A DNA stretch of 64,000 bases from an uncultured virus (IMG/VR IMGVR_UViG_2651869845_000001) (lineage: Duplodnaviria; Heunggongvirae; Uroviricota; Caudoviricetes). Positions 31,973-41,438 of the stretch are shown here, piece after piece. The stretch lies in the IMG/VR virus record IMGVR_UViG_2651869845_000001. One strand, given 5' to 3'. A program made the position numbers and the translations under genes. Position 1 is the stretch's first letter. Each line of letters opens with the position of its first letter. The notes under the pieces are model-generated. The model was not told the origin of the DNA and ran no database searches. It saw nothing but the letters and a program-made list of their open reading frames with translations.

Positions 31973-32114
31973 GGTCGGCCTCCCGATGATCGACGGTCGC
32001 AGTTCGCAGCTGACGGCGGCCGATACCGAGTGAACCCCCCGTCGGGGTCCAGTGAAATGCGGTGGTTCCTATTGAGTTGTGGCTCTTGTGGTAGGTAGAC
32101 CAGCGGACTGGCCG

Positions 32115-32666
32115 TCAGGTTGTACCGCCTGCGGCTTTTTCTTGATGGCTCAACCGGTTGACGTGCTCGTACGCCAGGTGCCCCAGTGACCAAGTGTTGG
32201 CGATGCCGTCACTGTCGACGCACGGGTCGACGGCGGGCTGATAGGCGCAGACTGCGCGGCGCCGGGCGGCGTCCCAGAACAGGCCCCATGTTCCGCAGCC
32301 GGGGCAGGGGTGCGGGCGGATCACTTTGTGGTCGCCGGCGGCTATCGCGTGTTCGAGGCCCTGCCGGTAGATGACCCGCTCCCGCTCGAGGCGTCGTTCG
32401 CCCTCGAGGTCGGGGGTGCTGGCGCGCCACCAGTCGTACACGGCGGCGACGTCGGCGGGGACTGGGCCGGCGTTGCGGGTCTGCTGGGCGCGGGCTTTGC
32501 GGGTGACTTCGTCGACACTGCGGACGATGTGGTCGAACACGGCCAGGTTCAGGGGTACGGGGTGCATGGCGGCTGGGCCGCGTTCTTGGGGACCGCGGTT
32601 GGGGGGCGTAGTGAACTCTGTTGCGAGGAGGTGGAGTCTGCCCGCTGCCGGGTCGTCCTGTCCCAT
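32115..32666 (-). CDS. Hypothetical Zn-binding protein
   Basis: CPGCGTWGL...C...C; adjacent to the small HTH gene. Confidence 0.6.
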   Translation of the reverse strand: MGQDDPAAGRLHLLATEFTTPPNRGPQERGPAAMHPVPLNLAVFDHIVRSVDEVTRKARAQQTRNAGPVPADVAAVYDWWRASTPDLEGERRLERERVIYRQGLEHAIAAGDHKVIRPHPCPGCGTWGLFWDAARRRAVCAYQPAVDPCVDSDGIANTWSLGHLAYEHVNRLSHQEKAAGGTT

Positions 32667-33928
32667 GGTGTCCCCGTCCCGTCGTGGCCCCGGGGGCGCA
32701 GTGCGTAGCGGACATGGTGCCGGGGCGCGCGCCGGGGGCCGGAGATGTTGTTCCTCCGGTGTTCCGGACGCCCCATGATGGCACGGGTATGGCCGTTGTT
32801 GAACGTGTTGTTGCCGATGATCTACGGTCTGTGCACGGTTGTTGCGGAGTCGGCACATCTGACCACTCATCAGTAACATGCGAGGTCAGGGCCGGTGGGG
32901 TGTTACAGCCCTTGGGGCGCCTGCCTCATGCCTTCGAAGGTTGCCATGAGCATGGCGTGTTCTGCGGGGCCGATGAGGCCTTGGGCGAGGGCGCCGTCGA
33001 TGAGGTTGAGGACGCCGTCCATGGTGATCGTGAAGGCCTGCGCCGTGGCCGGGTCGGTCAGGGTGCGTCCGCGACTGGTGAACAGTGCCTGGACTTGTTC
33101 CCCTATGGCGGCGAGGACCGGGTCGACGGGCGGCGCCTCGTGGGCTGTGGGGCCGGCGGGTCGGGTGCTGATGCCTGGGGGTCCGGTCGTGCCGGGGGCG
33201 GGCCTTCGGCGGTGGTCGCTGAGGCTGATCACGTCCGCACCGTCCACGCCCGCGGTGCCGGGATCTCCGGGCGGGCGGGTGTGGCAGGTGCAGGTGGTGG
33301 GGCATGGGGGTTGCGCTGCTGCGGGCATGGGGCGTCTCCGCTCCTCCGGCAGGCGGGAAGGGGCTGTACGGGGTCCGGCACTCCTCCGGTCCCGTACCCC
33401 GGTCCTGACTGCCGTCCAGGGCCGGGGATGCCACTGTGACACCTATTACGGCCGGTAGGTACGGAGAGACTCAGTTTTGACATTGCGATAACCGACCGAG
33501 GGGTAACCTACCGGCCAATCCCGTACAGACTGTGGGTGGCTGATGTACGCGGGGTACGGGTGAGCCCCCGACAGTCGGGGGGACGGTGTTTTGCCGACAA
33601 CGTCTGCCCGGCCCGGCGGGGGCTCTAGGACCTCACGGGCAGCCCCGTCAGATGACGGTGATTGTAGCGGGGTTAGCGTCCGTGCTGGTGGGGGTTGGGG
33701 AAGTTTCTGCCGGGCACGGGGTCTGGGTGCGGGGCCGAGGGCTGCGAACTCCGTGGGCGGAGTGCCTCGACCCCGCCACTGGGCTCCCGATGGGAACGCC
33801 AGTAGTACCCACTCAACGGTGCCTGGTACACGTATGGGAAGGGGTGTGCGGCTTGTTTCACTCGTTCGCGTGACCGAAAAACCACTGCAAGTTACCGGGA
33901 TTCGGCGGATACTGACCAGAATTCAAAA

Positions 33929-33969
33929 GCGGCCCCACTACCTCCGGTAAACGCAGGCAGTGGGGCCGC
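33929..33969. terminator. Terminator downstream of parA
   Basis: GCGGCCCCACT / AGTGGGGCCGC stem, TTTT on -. Confidence 0.6.
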
Positions 33970-33992
33970 AGTCGGTTCTGGCAGAACCGGAT

Positions 33993-34865
33993 TCACCCCT
34001 TCACGGGGAACCCGATCCGGTCCGTGATCCCCCGGAACAAGGTCATCGACTCCGACTTGGGGGCCCAGATCGGCAAGGGCTCCTGGGCGTCGAACGCTTC
34101 CGCCACGACAACCGCGTTACGGATGCCGGGCAGCAGCCGGTCCCCGTACGACGCCAGAGCTTCGTCCTGCATGTTCGTGAAGAACTTCCCCTGCGACTCC
34201 GCCTTGGCGTCATTGACGCAGTACCAGCTGCACCGTGTCGAGACGCCGTGGTCCTCGAAGTCGGCGACCACGTCCAGGACCTCCTGCGCGAGGGCACGGG
34301 CCCCGCGGAGTTCCTTCCGCATGGGCCGCATCATCGTGATGACGTCCGTCCCCGCGACAAGGAGCGACTGCGACAGGCGCGCGTACGAGGCGGGGGCGTC
34401 GATGGCGATGAAGTCGTACTGGCCCTGCTGGACCTGTGTCTTCAGGACGTCGCGCAACCAGAACACCCCGAGAGGATCCTGGACCAGCTCGCCGTCGGCC
34501 TGCGACATCTTGATGTCGCCGCGCACCAGGTCCAGTCCGGGGATGACCTGGAAGGCGTCGTCGCCGTCGCCGGCCTCTATGCGGGTGCGGGCGGGAACGG
34601 TGACGTCGGCGAGCTTGGCCCGGCGCAGCATGAGGTCGTGGATGGTCTGCACGCCGGGCGGGACGAAGTCACCGTCGTATCCGTACCAGTACGACATGTC
34701 TGACTGCAGGTCGGCGTCGACGATGAGGCCGCGGTATCCGCGGAGGGCCGCTTCGGTGAAGACGGTGTTCGCGAACGTGGTCTTCCCGACGGACCCGGCC
34801 CGGTTCATCATCACGAACACGGGGGGCAGGTGGGGTGCGTACAGAGGGGGCGTGTACTGGGTCAT
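33993..34865 (-). CDS. parA: ParA-family partition ATPase
   Basis: NRAGSVGKTT Walker A, IVDADLQ, YDFIAIDAP. Confidence 0.92.
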   Translation of the reverse strand: MTQYTPPLYAPHLPPVFVMMNRAGSVGKTTFANTVFTEAALRGYRGLIVDADLQSDMSYWYGYDGDFVPPGVQTIHDLMLRRAKLADVTVPARTRIEAGDGDDAFQVIPGLDLVRGDIKMSQADGELVQDPLGVFWLRDVLKTQVQQGQYDFIAIDAPASYARLSQSLLVAGTDVITMMRPMRKELRGARALAQEVLDVVADFEDHGVSTRCSWYCVNDAKAESQGKFFTNMQDEALASYGDRLLPGIRNAVVVAEAFDAQEPLPIWAPKSESMTLFRGITDRIGFPVKG

Positions 34866-34894
34866 GGGTCTCCTTGAGCGAAGGCCGAGGGTGG

Positions 34895-36313
34895 TCAGCC
34901 GAGGTGGCGGCGCTCCCACTCGGCTGGCTCGTAGCCAGCTTCGATCAGGTGGGTGAGGTAGGCGACGTCGCGGTAGTCCCAGTTGCGGCTGCGGTTGGAG
35001 GCTCGCAGTTCATCTTCGGCGAGGGCGACCGCGTAGGCGAGTCTGGCGATCAGGGTAGCGTCCCCGCGGACGAGGAGGGCGTCGCGGTAGCTGTTGGCTC
35101 CCATGGCTGCGGCGTCGGCTTGGTCGGCGTCCTTGAGCCAGCCGTGGGCGCGGGTGAGCGCGGGCGGGGTGGCGTGGATGAGGGCGGTCACTGCGACGCG
35201 GGTGCTCTGTGGGTCGGTGGCCGGCTTGTCGTAGTCGATGACGAGCTGGCGGCAGTGCTCGTTGCGGGCGGCGTTCGCTTGGGCGCGGCCTTCTTGTTCG
35301 GCTGTGACCGCGGGGGTGGCGACACGGGCCGGCTCGAGGGTCTTCGCCTCGCCGGCCTCTGCCTCACTTGCCGGGGTGGCTGCCGGTTCTGCCAGAACCG
35401 GTTCTGTGCTCGCCGGGTCCTCGAGCGTTGCGGCGGTGACTGCCGTCGGCACAAGGGCGGGTTCTGGGTGAGGGGGGTTCGGTTCGGGTTCAGCGGTCCG
35501 GGACGGCGGCACGGTGGGCGTCGCATCCGGTTCTGGCAGAACCGGTTCGGGCGGGGTGCTGGGAGCTGGGGTGCTGTCGTAGTCGGTTCTGGCAGAACCG
35601 CCCAGGAGGATGTTGACGGCGTCCTGGGCGATGACGCTGCGGCTGCGCATGATCTCTGCCGCGTCCAGGACCCGCTCGGGCTGCCCGTCCAGGGCGACGA
35701 GGAGGTTGTAGGCGGCGTCCACTCCGAGGCGTTTCTCATGGATGGCCTGCTGGGCGTCCTTGGGCAGGGCCAGCAGCGCGATGCGCTTCGTGATGTGCGA
35801 CTTGCTCTTGCCGACCTGCTTGCCGATCTGGGCGTGGGTAGCGCCCTTGCCTTGCAGGCGCCGGTAGCCCTCGCCCTCCTGGAAGACGTTGAGGGCCTTT
35901 CGCTTCAGGTTCTCTTCCAGCATGAGCAGGTCGAGGTGCTTAACCTGATCGTCCTGGACGTCGACCTTGACTTCTGTCAGCCCGGCCAGGGATGCGGCAG
36001 CCAGTCGTCGGTGTCCGGCCATGACGATGAAGTCGGCGCCGGCAACAGCATCTGCGTCTTGGGGGTACTCCCGAAGGTGCGCGTCACGGGTGCAGACGAC
36101 GAGGGCCTGGATGAGGCCGATCTCCCGCATGGAGTTGACGGTCGCATCTTGTTCTTCGTCGCTCTCCCAGAGGTCGTCGCCGCGTAGGTTCTGCGGGTTG
36201 GGCACGATGCGGGTGATCGCGATTTCGCGGGCTCGAGATGCGTCTGGCCGCAGCGGGATCTCTTTGACGGCTCCTGCGGTGTTCTGTGACCCGCCGGGCT
36301 TCGAGCGCGGCAT
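34895..36313 (-). CDS. parB: ParB-family partition protein
   Basis: IVPNPQNLR, GLIQALVV, MAGHRRLAA, EENLKRKAL, HTH THAQIGKQVGKSKSHITKRIALL. Confidence 0.92.
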   Translation of the reverse strand: MPRSKPGGSQNTAGAVKEIPLRPDASRAREIAITRIVPNPQNLRGDDLWESDEEQDATVNSMREIGLIQALVVCTRDAHLREYPQDADAVAGADFIVMAGHRRLAAASLAGLTEVKVDVQDDQVKHLDLLMLEENLKRKALNVFQEGEGYRRLQGKGATHAQIGKQVGKSKSHITKRIALLALPKDAQQAIHEKRLGVDAAYNLLVALDGQPERVLDAAEIMRSRSVIAQDAVNILLGGSARTDYDSTPAPSTPPEPVLPEPDATPTVPPSRTAEPEPNPPHPEPALVPTAVTAATLEDPASTEPVLAEPAATPASEAEAGEAKTLEPARVATPAVTAEQEGRAQANAARNEHCRQLVIDYDKPATDPQSTRVAVTALIHATPPALTRAHGWLKDADQADAAAMGANSYRDALLVRGDATLIARLAYAVALAEDELRASNRSRNWDYRDVAYLTHLIEAGYEPAEWERRHLG

Positions 36314-36402
36314 CGGTTCCTCCTGCGTGGTGCTCGGGTGTACCGCCCGGACATTACCGGTTCTGGCAGAACCGGTGGAGGACTGGGGCATTCCCGGGTG
36401 AG

Positions 36403-36696
36403 TCAGTACGGCTGCCCCTGGTGTTCCTTGATGAGGTGGTCGAGCATGCGGCGTTCGGCTTCGGCCTGGTAGGCGTCGCGTGCTTCGTCTGGGTGGACGT
36501 GCTGGTGGGTGAAGTACCAGTCGAGGGTGGTGTCCCAGCATGCGGCGCCCATGAGGTGGACGTCGGCGTGGAGGAGGCAGGTGGTGGGCTGTGGGGGGTG
36601 TTGGGCGGGCAATGCTGCTCCTGTGCTGGCCGGGTCGGTTCCGCGGTAAACCACGGTGCCGCACTTGGCGCTGATCGTTGCCCCTGCCCGGGTCAT
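36403..36696 (-). CDS. Hypothetical protein
   Basis: ATGA overlap with the upstream gene. Confidence 0.5.
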   Translation of the reverse strand: MTRAGATISAKCGTVVYRGTDPASTGAALPAQHPPQPTTCLLHADVHLMGAACWDTTLDWYFTHQHVHPDEARDAYQAEAERRMLDHLIKEHQGQPY

Positions 36697-37169
36697 GCGA
36701 GGACGCGGAGGACGGGGAGGCCTGCCTTCTTGGCGCGGCGGATGCAGTCTGCGGTGCCGTGGGAGTCGTGCGGTTGGGGCTTGCGGCAGGTGGCCCGAGT
36801 ACAGGGGCGGATGAAGGCCACGCATAGGCGGGGTTGGAGGTCGACCATGTGCTGGTTGCGGCGGTGGCCGGCTGTTGGGCAGTAGTCCCGGCCGGCTCGG
36901 GGCCGCCGGTGGCCGGGCGGGCATTGCGGGCTGCAGGGGCCTTCCCAGTCGGAGGGGTGGGGGTCTCGGGGGATGCCGTTGCTGAGGGCCCATTGGTCGG
37001 AGAGGTCGTCGGCTCCTTCGGCGGTGCCGTGGGTGATGAGGATGCCGTCGTAGCCGTCTTGGATGGCGTCGTGCCAGGTCTGGAGGAGGGTGTTGGCGAC
37101 GAGTTGGGTGTCGGTGAGGGTGCGGGGTCCGGTGATGAGGATCCGTGCGTAGTTGGGCGGGAGGTTCAT
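36693..37169 (-). CDS. SLOG/YspA-like (DUF2493) protein
   Basis: RILITGPR...ITHGTAEGADDL...AGHRRNQHMVD...HGTADCIRRA. Confidence 0.85.
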   Translation of the reverse strand: MNLPPNYARILITGPRTLTDTQLVANTLLQTWHDAIQDGYDGILITHGTAEGADDLSDQWALSNGIPRDPHPSDWEGPCSPQCPPGHRRPRAGRDYCPTAGHRRNQHMVDLQPRLCVAFIRPCTRATCRKPQPHDSHGTADCIRRAKKAGLPVLRVLA

Positions 37170-37960
37170 GCGGCACCGAACAGCCGCTTGGGCACGTCGC
37201 CGTGCTGTTCTTGGGCGGCGCGGGCGCGGGCGGCGGCGAGGCTGGCTTGGAGCCTGTCGGCCGGCTCGGGTGCGGTGAGGCGTTCCTGTTCGGCGACGGC
37301 GTCGGTGAAGGCGGTCTGGGGTTCGCGGCGGGTGGGGTGGGCGATGCGGGCGTTGAGGTCGTCGCGTGCGCGGGCGATGTGCGGGTCGTCGGCTGGCCGT
37401 GCGGGCTTGTGGGCGAGGGCTTCGGCCAGGGTCCGCTGGTAGCCGGGGGATGCGGTCTCCCGGGTGATGACCGGGCCGGGCTCCGGGGTCTGGTCGTGCT
37501 GGTCGGGCATGGTCGCGGTGGCGGGGGCCGCTATGGCGCCGACGGGCAGAACGCGGATTGACCGGACGGCGGGCTTGCCGAGCTTGTCGTTGATCTGCCG
37601 GGCCAGCTGCCCACCGAGGAGCCGGAGGTGCGCGGCGTAGGCGTGGGAGGCGGGGCGGAGATCGAGGCGGCCGCGTTCGGGGTCGTAGCTGACGGGTTGC
37701 ACGGTGTCCACGAACTGGGGGCAGAGGGTGGGCCACTGGTCGAGGATGCTGCCGCCGGTGAGGGCCAACCGCCAGTCCTGATCCGTGTTGATGCGTCCGA
37801 GGACGGCTCCGAGACCAACCGGGTCGCGGCCGTCGCCGCGTTCACGGCGGGTGGTGCGGGGCCTGGGGTTTGCTGTGGGGGCGGTCTTGGCGGTGGCCCG
37901 GTAGTTGGCGAGGGCCTGCCGTGCGAGGTCGGCGCCGGACGCGGTCTGCTGCTCAGGCAC
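37166..37960 (-). CDS. DciA/DUF721-like protein
   Basis: GADLARQAL...RDPVGLGAVL...ILDQWPTL...LDLRPASHAYAAHLRL...INDKLG...VRSIRV. Confidence 0.75.
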   Translation of the reverse strand: MPEQQTASGADLARQALANYRATAKTAPTANPRPRTTRRERGDGRDPVGLGAVLGRINTDQDWRLALTGGSILDQWPTLCPQFVDTVQPVSYDPERGRLDLRPASHAYAAHLRLLGGQLARQINDKLGKPAVRSIRVLPVGAIAAPATATMPDQHDQTPEPGPVITRETASPGYQRTLAEALAHKPARPADDPHIARARDDLNARIAHPTRREPQTAFTDAVAEQERLTAPEPADRLQASLAAARARAAQEQHGDVPKRLFGAA

Positions 37961-39458
37961 GGGAGGTCTCCATCCACGGGTTGAGGGTGATGTTGGAGGA
38001 CCGGCTGGCGAGGGCCTGGTCGACGAGGGCGCTGGTGTACAGGCGGCGGGCTTCCGTCTCGCCCAGGCCCTCGATGGCGAACTCGATGAGGCCGGGGTCT
38101 TTCTGGGCGGCGGCCCGCATCTCGATCACGTCGTCGCGGGTGAGGGTTCCGATGCCGGGGATCGCACCGGCAGGGATCTCACACAGGGACCCGTCTACCG
38201 GTTCTGGCAGAACCGGCCCCTGGCGTACCTGGGCGAACGCTTCGGCGGTGAGGCGGCGTACGTGGGCGCTGTTGGCGGTGCTGGTGGTGATGCCTTCGTC
38301 GTAGCCGGCGTGCCGGGCGTGTTCGGCTGTGCGGGACTCCTGCCAGGCGGCAACGGCGGTAGCGCGGCGCTGGGGGGTGGTGAAGAGGAGGTGGACGCCC
38401 TTGAGTCGGTGCGCGAGCATCCCGGACGGGCGGCGCACATCGCGGGCGGTGAGCGGCATGGTCTCTGCGATGGCCTGGACTTCGAGGGCTGTCCATCCGG
38501 CGTCGGCGACGTGGCGCACAATCCACGCGAGCCTTTGGGGGGATGCTCCGCCCAGCCACGGGATGAGGGTCATCAGTTCGCGGGCGAGCTGGTGACGGCG
38601 CCCGACCCGGTTGAGTTTCCGGGGCCCGCACTTGGACGTCTTCGGGGTGGGGGAATCTGCTTCCCCGCTTGCGAGCTTGCTTGTCTCAGAGGGAAGAGAG
38701 TTACAACCGGTGGGAGAAGACGCTGAGGTACCACCCTGCATTGGGGTGCAAAGGGACCCCCCGGAAACAGGGGTGGTGCGGGCCCGGCGACGACGCTTAC
38801 GGATCTTCCTCGCGGCCTTCTTGGCGAGCTTCCCGATCAGGGTTCGGGACTCGGGGGCGATGCCTACGGGGCGCCGTTGCAGCCCTTCGCCGGTGGTGCG
38901 GATCCCGAGGGCCGTGTCGAACACGGTGGGGATGATCCGCTCGTACACGGACGCCTGGTTGGGCTGCCCGGAGAGACGGGTGCCTTTGCTGCGGTAGGCG
39001 AGGAGCCCGGCTTCACGGAGCATGCCGAGGTGGTACTGCACGGTCCTCTCCGAGCAGTCCAGCTTGCGGGCGAGGTAGTCGATACCGGGCCGGCACTCGG
39101 ACAGGGCGGAGATTTCCTGCGCGATGAGGACGGTGGTGGGCCCCCAGGCGGGTCCGTGGGTGCGGGTGGGCTTGTACAGGCCGGAGCCGCTTACCCAGTG
39201 GATGGCTTGCATCCAGGAGTAGGGGTCGGTGGCGGTGCGTCCGGTCGTGGTGGCGACCCATTGGTGGGCTGCGTCCACGCGGAGGGTGCCGCCACGACCG
39301 GGATCATCACTCTCGCACATGCGTTCGAACGTGTCATGTGAACTGATCGTGTCGCCGGGGGCTGCGGGGGTGCGAGTTTCTTCGAGTGGACGGGAGTTTC
39401 CTCGCGAATCGCCCGAGCGGACATGCTGAAGCTGACAAGCAGGGGTTACGTACGGCAC
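37953..39458 (-). CDS. Putative replication initiator (HTH); start at 39458 or 39320
   Basis: RPGIDYLARKLDCSERTVQYHLGMLREAGLL winged HTH; directly upstream of dciA-like, parB and parA. Confidence 0.6.
   Translation of the reverse strand: MPYVTPACQLQHVRSGDSRGNSRPLEETRTPAAPGDTISSHDTFERMCESDDPGRGGTLRVDAAHQWVATTTGRTATDPYSWMQAIHWVSGSGLYKPTRTHGPAWGPTTVLIAQEISALSECRPGIDYLARKLDCSERTVQYHLGMLREAGLLAYRSKGTRLSGQPNQASVYERIIPTVFDTALGIRTTGEGLQRRPVGIAPESRTLIGKLAKKAARKIRKRRRRARTTPVSGGSLCTPMQGGTSASSPTGCNSLPSETSKLASGEADSPTPKTSKCGPRKLNRVGRRHQLARELMTLIPWLGGASPQRLAWIVRHVADAGWTALEVQAIAETMPLTARDVRRPSGMLAHRLKGVHLLFTTPQRRATAVAAWQESRTAEHARHAGYDEGITTSTANSAHVRRLTAEAFAQVRQGPVLPEPVDGSLCEIPAGAIPGIGTLTRDDVIEMRAAAQKDPGLIEFAIEGLGETEARRLYTSALVDQALASRSSNITLNPWMETSRA
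39313..39328. promoter_or_regulatory. Possible LexA (SOS) box
   Basis: TCGCAC-ATGC-GTTCGA, one mismatch to the actinobacterial TCGAAC-N4-GTTCGA consensus. Confidence 0.45.
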
Positions 39459-39485
39459 TATGGACTCGCCTTCGCTTAGCGGTTG

Positions 39486-39675
39486 GGGGCACAAAAAGGC
39501 CCCGCTTCGGCGGTGCTGGGTTCGTGGAGAACCTGAATTACTCCGGGGAACCGGAGCCTTAGATCGGTCGCCAAACCGATCCGTGGGATAGGGCCGCAGA
39601 CGGTGCGCCAACACCAGCGGCCAGCGGTAGAGGAAGCGCCCCCGCCAAGGGGCTCAGGACCTCCCGCTTAGGAAG
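39486..39675. ncRNA. Candidate structured rep leader / antisense RNA
   Basis: Three hairpins with identical CGCCAA loops (39562-81, 39602-15, 39638-53), plus c(TTCG)g and GGAA-tetraloop hairpins. Confidence 0.5.
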
Positions 39676-39678
39676 TCG

Positions 39679-41130
39679 CTACGTCACCTGATCTCCCTTA
39701 CTGGGTGAGGTCTGTCCCTGCGCCGCTCCGGCGAGGAAGTCATTGCGGAAGCCGCCCAGTTCCGCGACGCGGATCATGTCGCGTGTCCAGTCACTCGGAC
39801 CGGCCGGGCCGTCCACGGTCTCGTTCCATCCCTGCCTGTAGTCGGGGTGGTGGCGCCACATGCGAGTGAAGAAGCGCATGGTCGAGCAGGGGAAGCCCGA
39901 GCTGCCGTGGCAGGTGTAGCAGCGCACCCAGTTCATGCCGTTGCGACCGACATGGGTAGCGTGCAGGCTCACGGCCAGCCGAAGAGACAGCACACGGTTC
40001 ATGGCCTCTTCGCGAGACGGGCCAGCCGGAAGTGCTTCGGCGTCTGCGAGTTCTTCGGTGAGGCGTGCGTACACGAAGTCCTCAGCGTGGAACTCCCAGC
40101 CGAAGTCGGGGTCGTCAGAGGTGAGGTAGGCGCTCATCGGTCGACCTCCGCTCGGCTCGCCTTGCTGGGCCTGGCCTGCTCCTGCGCTTGTCCGGGGCAG
40201 GAAGTCTGAGTGGTCTGGCCGCGCTGGAATTCGACCATGCGCAGCATCTGCTGCCCGAGCCGTTCCGCGTCATCGACGGGCATCTGCACTTCGATCTCGC
40301 GGCCGACGGCTGGCTTGCCGCCCTTCGTGATCGAGCCGGTGAAGCACACGTACCGCTCGCCGGTATCGCCCCATGCGGTGGCGAAGGTGCGGGGGAACGC
40401 GAAGCTGGTGACCTTGGCCAGCCAAGCTCGCTTCCGCCCTGGCCGGTTCCGCTGGTGCATGTTCAGCAGGGCGACCGCCGTGGTGACGACTTGGGCGATG
40501 TCGTCCGAGTCGGCTCTGGATTCGAGGAGCTCGTGAACCTGACGGATTGCGGCCTCGGCAAGGACAGGCGGCGCGGCTGCAAGTACGTCCCCGTAGAGGT
40601 TCTCACCCAGGGCGCTCATCGGCTTCCCTCCGTCAGGCCGTAGCCCTCAGCGAGGTTCTGCACGACGGGGCACACCTCGTGGTTGTAGAACCGAGCAAAC
40701 TCATCCAGGTCGCCGTCGTAGTCGTAGGCGGGGCATGAGTGGCCTCGCCCGCCGTGGAGTTCGAGGAGCTTCCGGTCGGCGGCGCAACGGCGCAAGACCG
40801 ACTCGGGATCGTTCAGGGCGATGTGGACGATCGATGCTGCACGGTTCTCCCGGGACCTGGCCACCAGGGCGTGCCGCTGATCCCGAACCCCGTACACGAA
40901 CGGGCCCTCAGACCAAGTCCCTCCGGCCTCGGATGCGGCGTCGCCGGCGATCCGCTCCCAGTTGGAAATGGCTCCGTTCAGCCAGCCGAGGATTCCCTCG
41001 CCGGCTGCCGTGCTCATCGTGCGGTCTGCGTAGGAGTGACAGGGCCCGTGTGCGTCGGCGGTGTGATGTTCACGCCGGTCTCGCGGGTCCCACTGTCTGA
41101 ACGGGCCGGGGCCCGGGTATTCTTCGCCAT
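39679..41130 (-). other. Hypothetical CDSs (39679-40137, 40134-40619, 40616-41017, 41014-41130)
   Basis: ATGA overlaps; the HIALNDPESVLRRCAADRKLL and HHPDYRQGW motifs resemble a common actinophage family. Confidence 0.6.
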
Positions 41131-41381
41131 GTCGGCACCTTCGCGATGGTTGTGTGTCGACCCGACCTCGCTCCCTGGTGTTGGCTCACCTGGGAAAACA
41201 GCGGGGTCGGACCTATGTCTGGGGTGACACCATCCGGACTGTGTACCTGAGTAGCCGTCTGGCGCCAAGCGCAGCTTACCAACTTGAGCCGCCACTGTCC
41301 CTACCCATCGTGTGACGTGTCGGATCAATCGACGCATAGTCAGACCTCCAGTTCATCGCACAGCCGTGCGGGACCCTGCGT

Positions 41382-41419
41382 TGTCCTATAAAAAAACGCA
41401 GAAAATAACGATCATGAGC
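41382..41419 (+). repeat. 38-bp AT-rich site, copy A
   Basis: 35/38 identical to the reverse complement of 53700-53737. Confidence 0.85.
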
Positions 41420-41438
41420 GCCCCTGTGTCGCTTCGCT

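Larger units (their letters stand above)
33973..38215. repeat. Six parS-like 17-bp palindromes CGGTTCTG(G/C)CAGAACCG
   Basis: Copies at 33973, 35384, 35528, 35584, 36358 and 38199. Confidence 0.85.

Noticed and set aside
33973..38215. Repeated 17-bp palindromes as a CRISPR array
   Set aside because: Spacing is irregular (56 bp to 1.8 kb), several copies are inside CDSs, and no cas genes are seen
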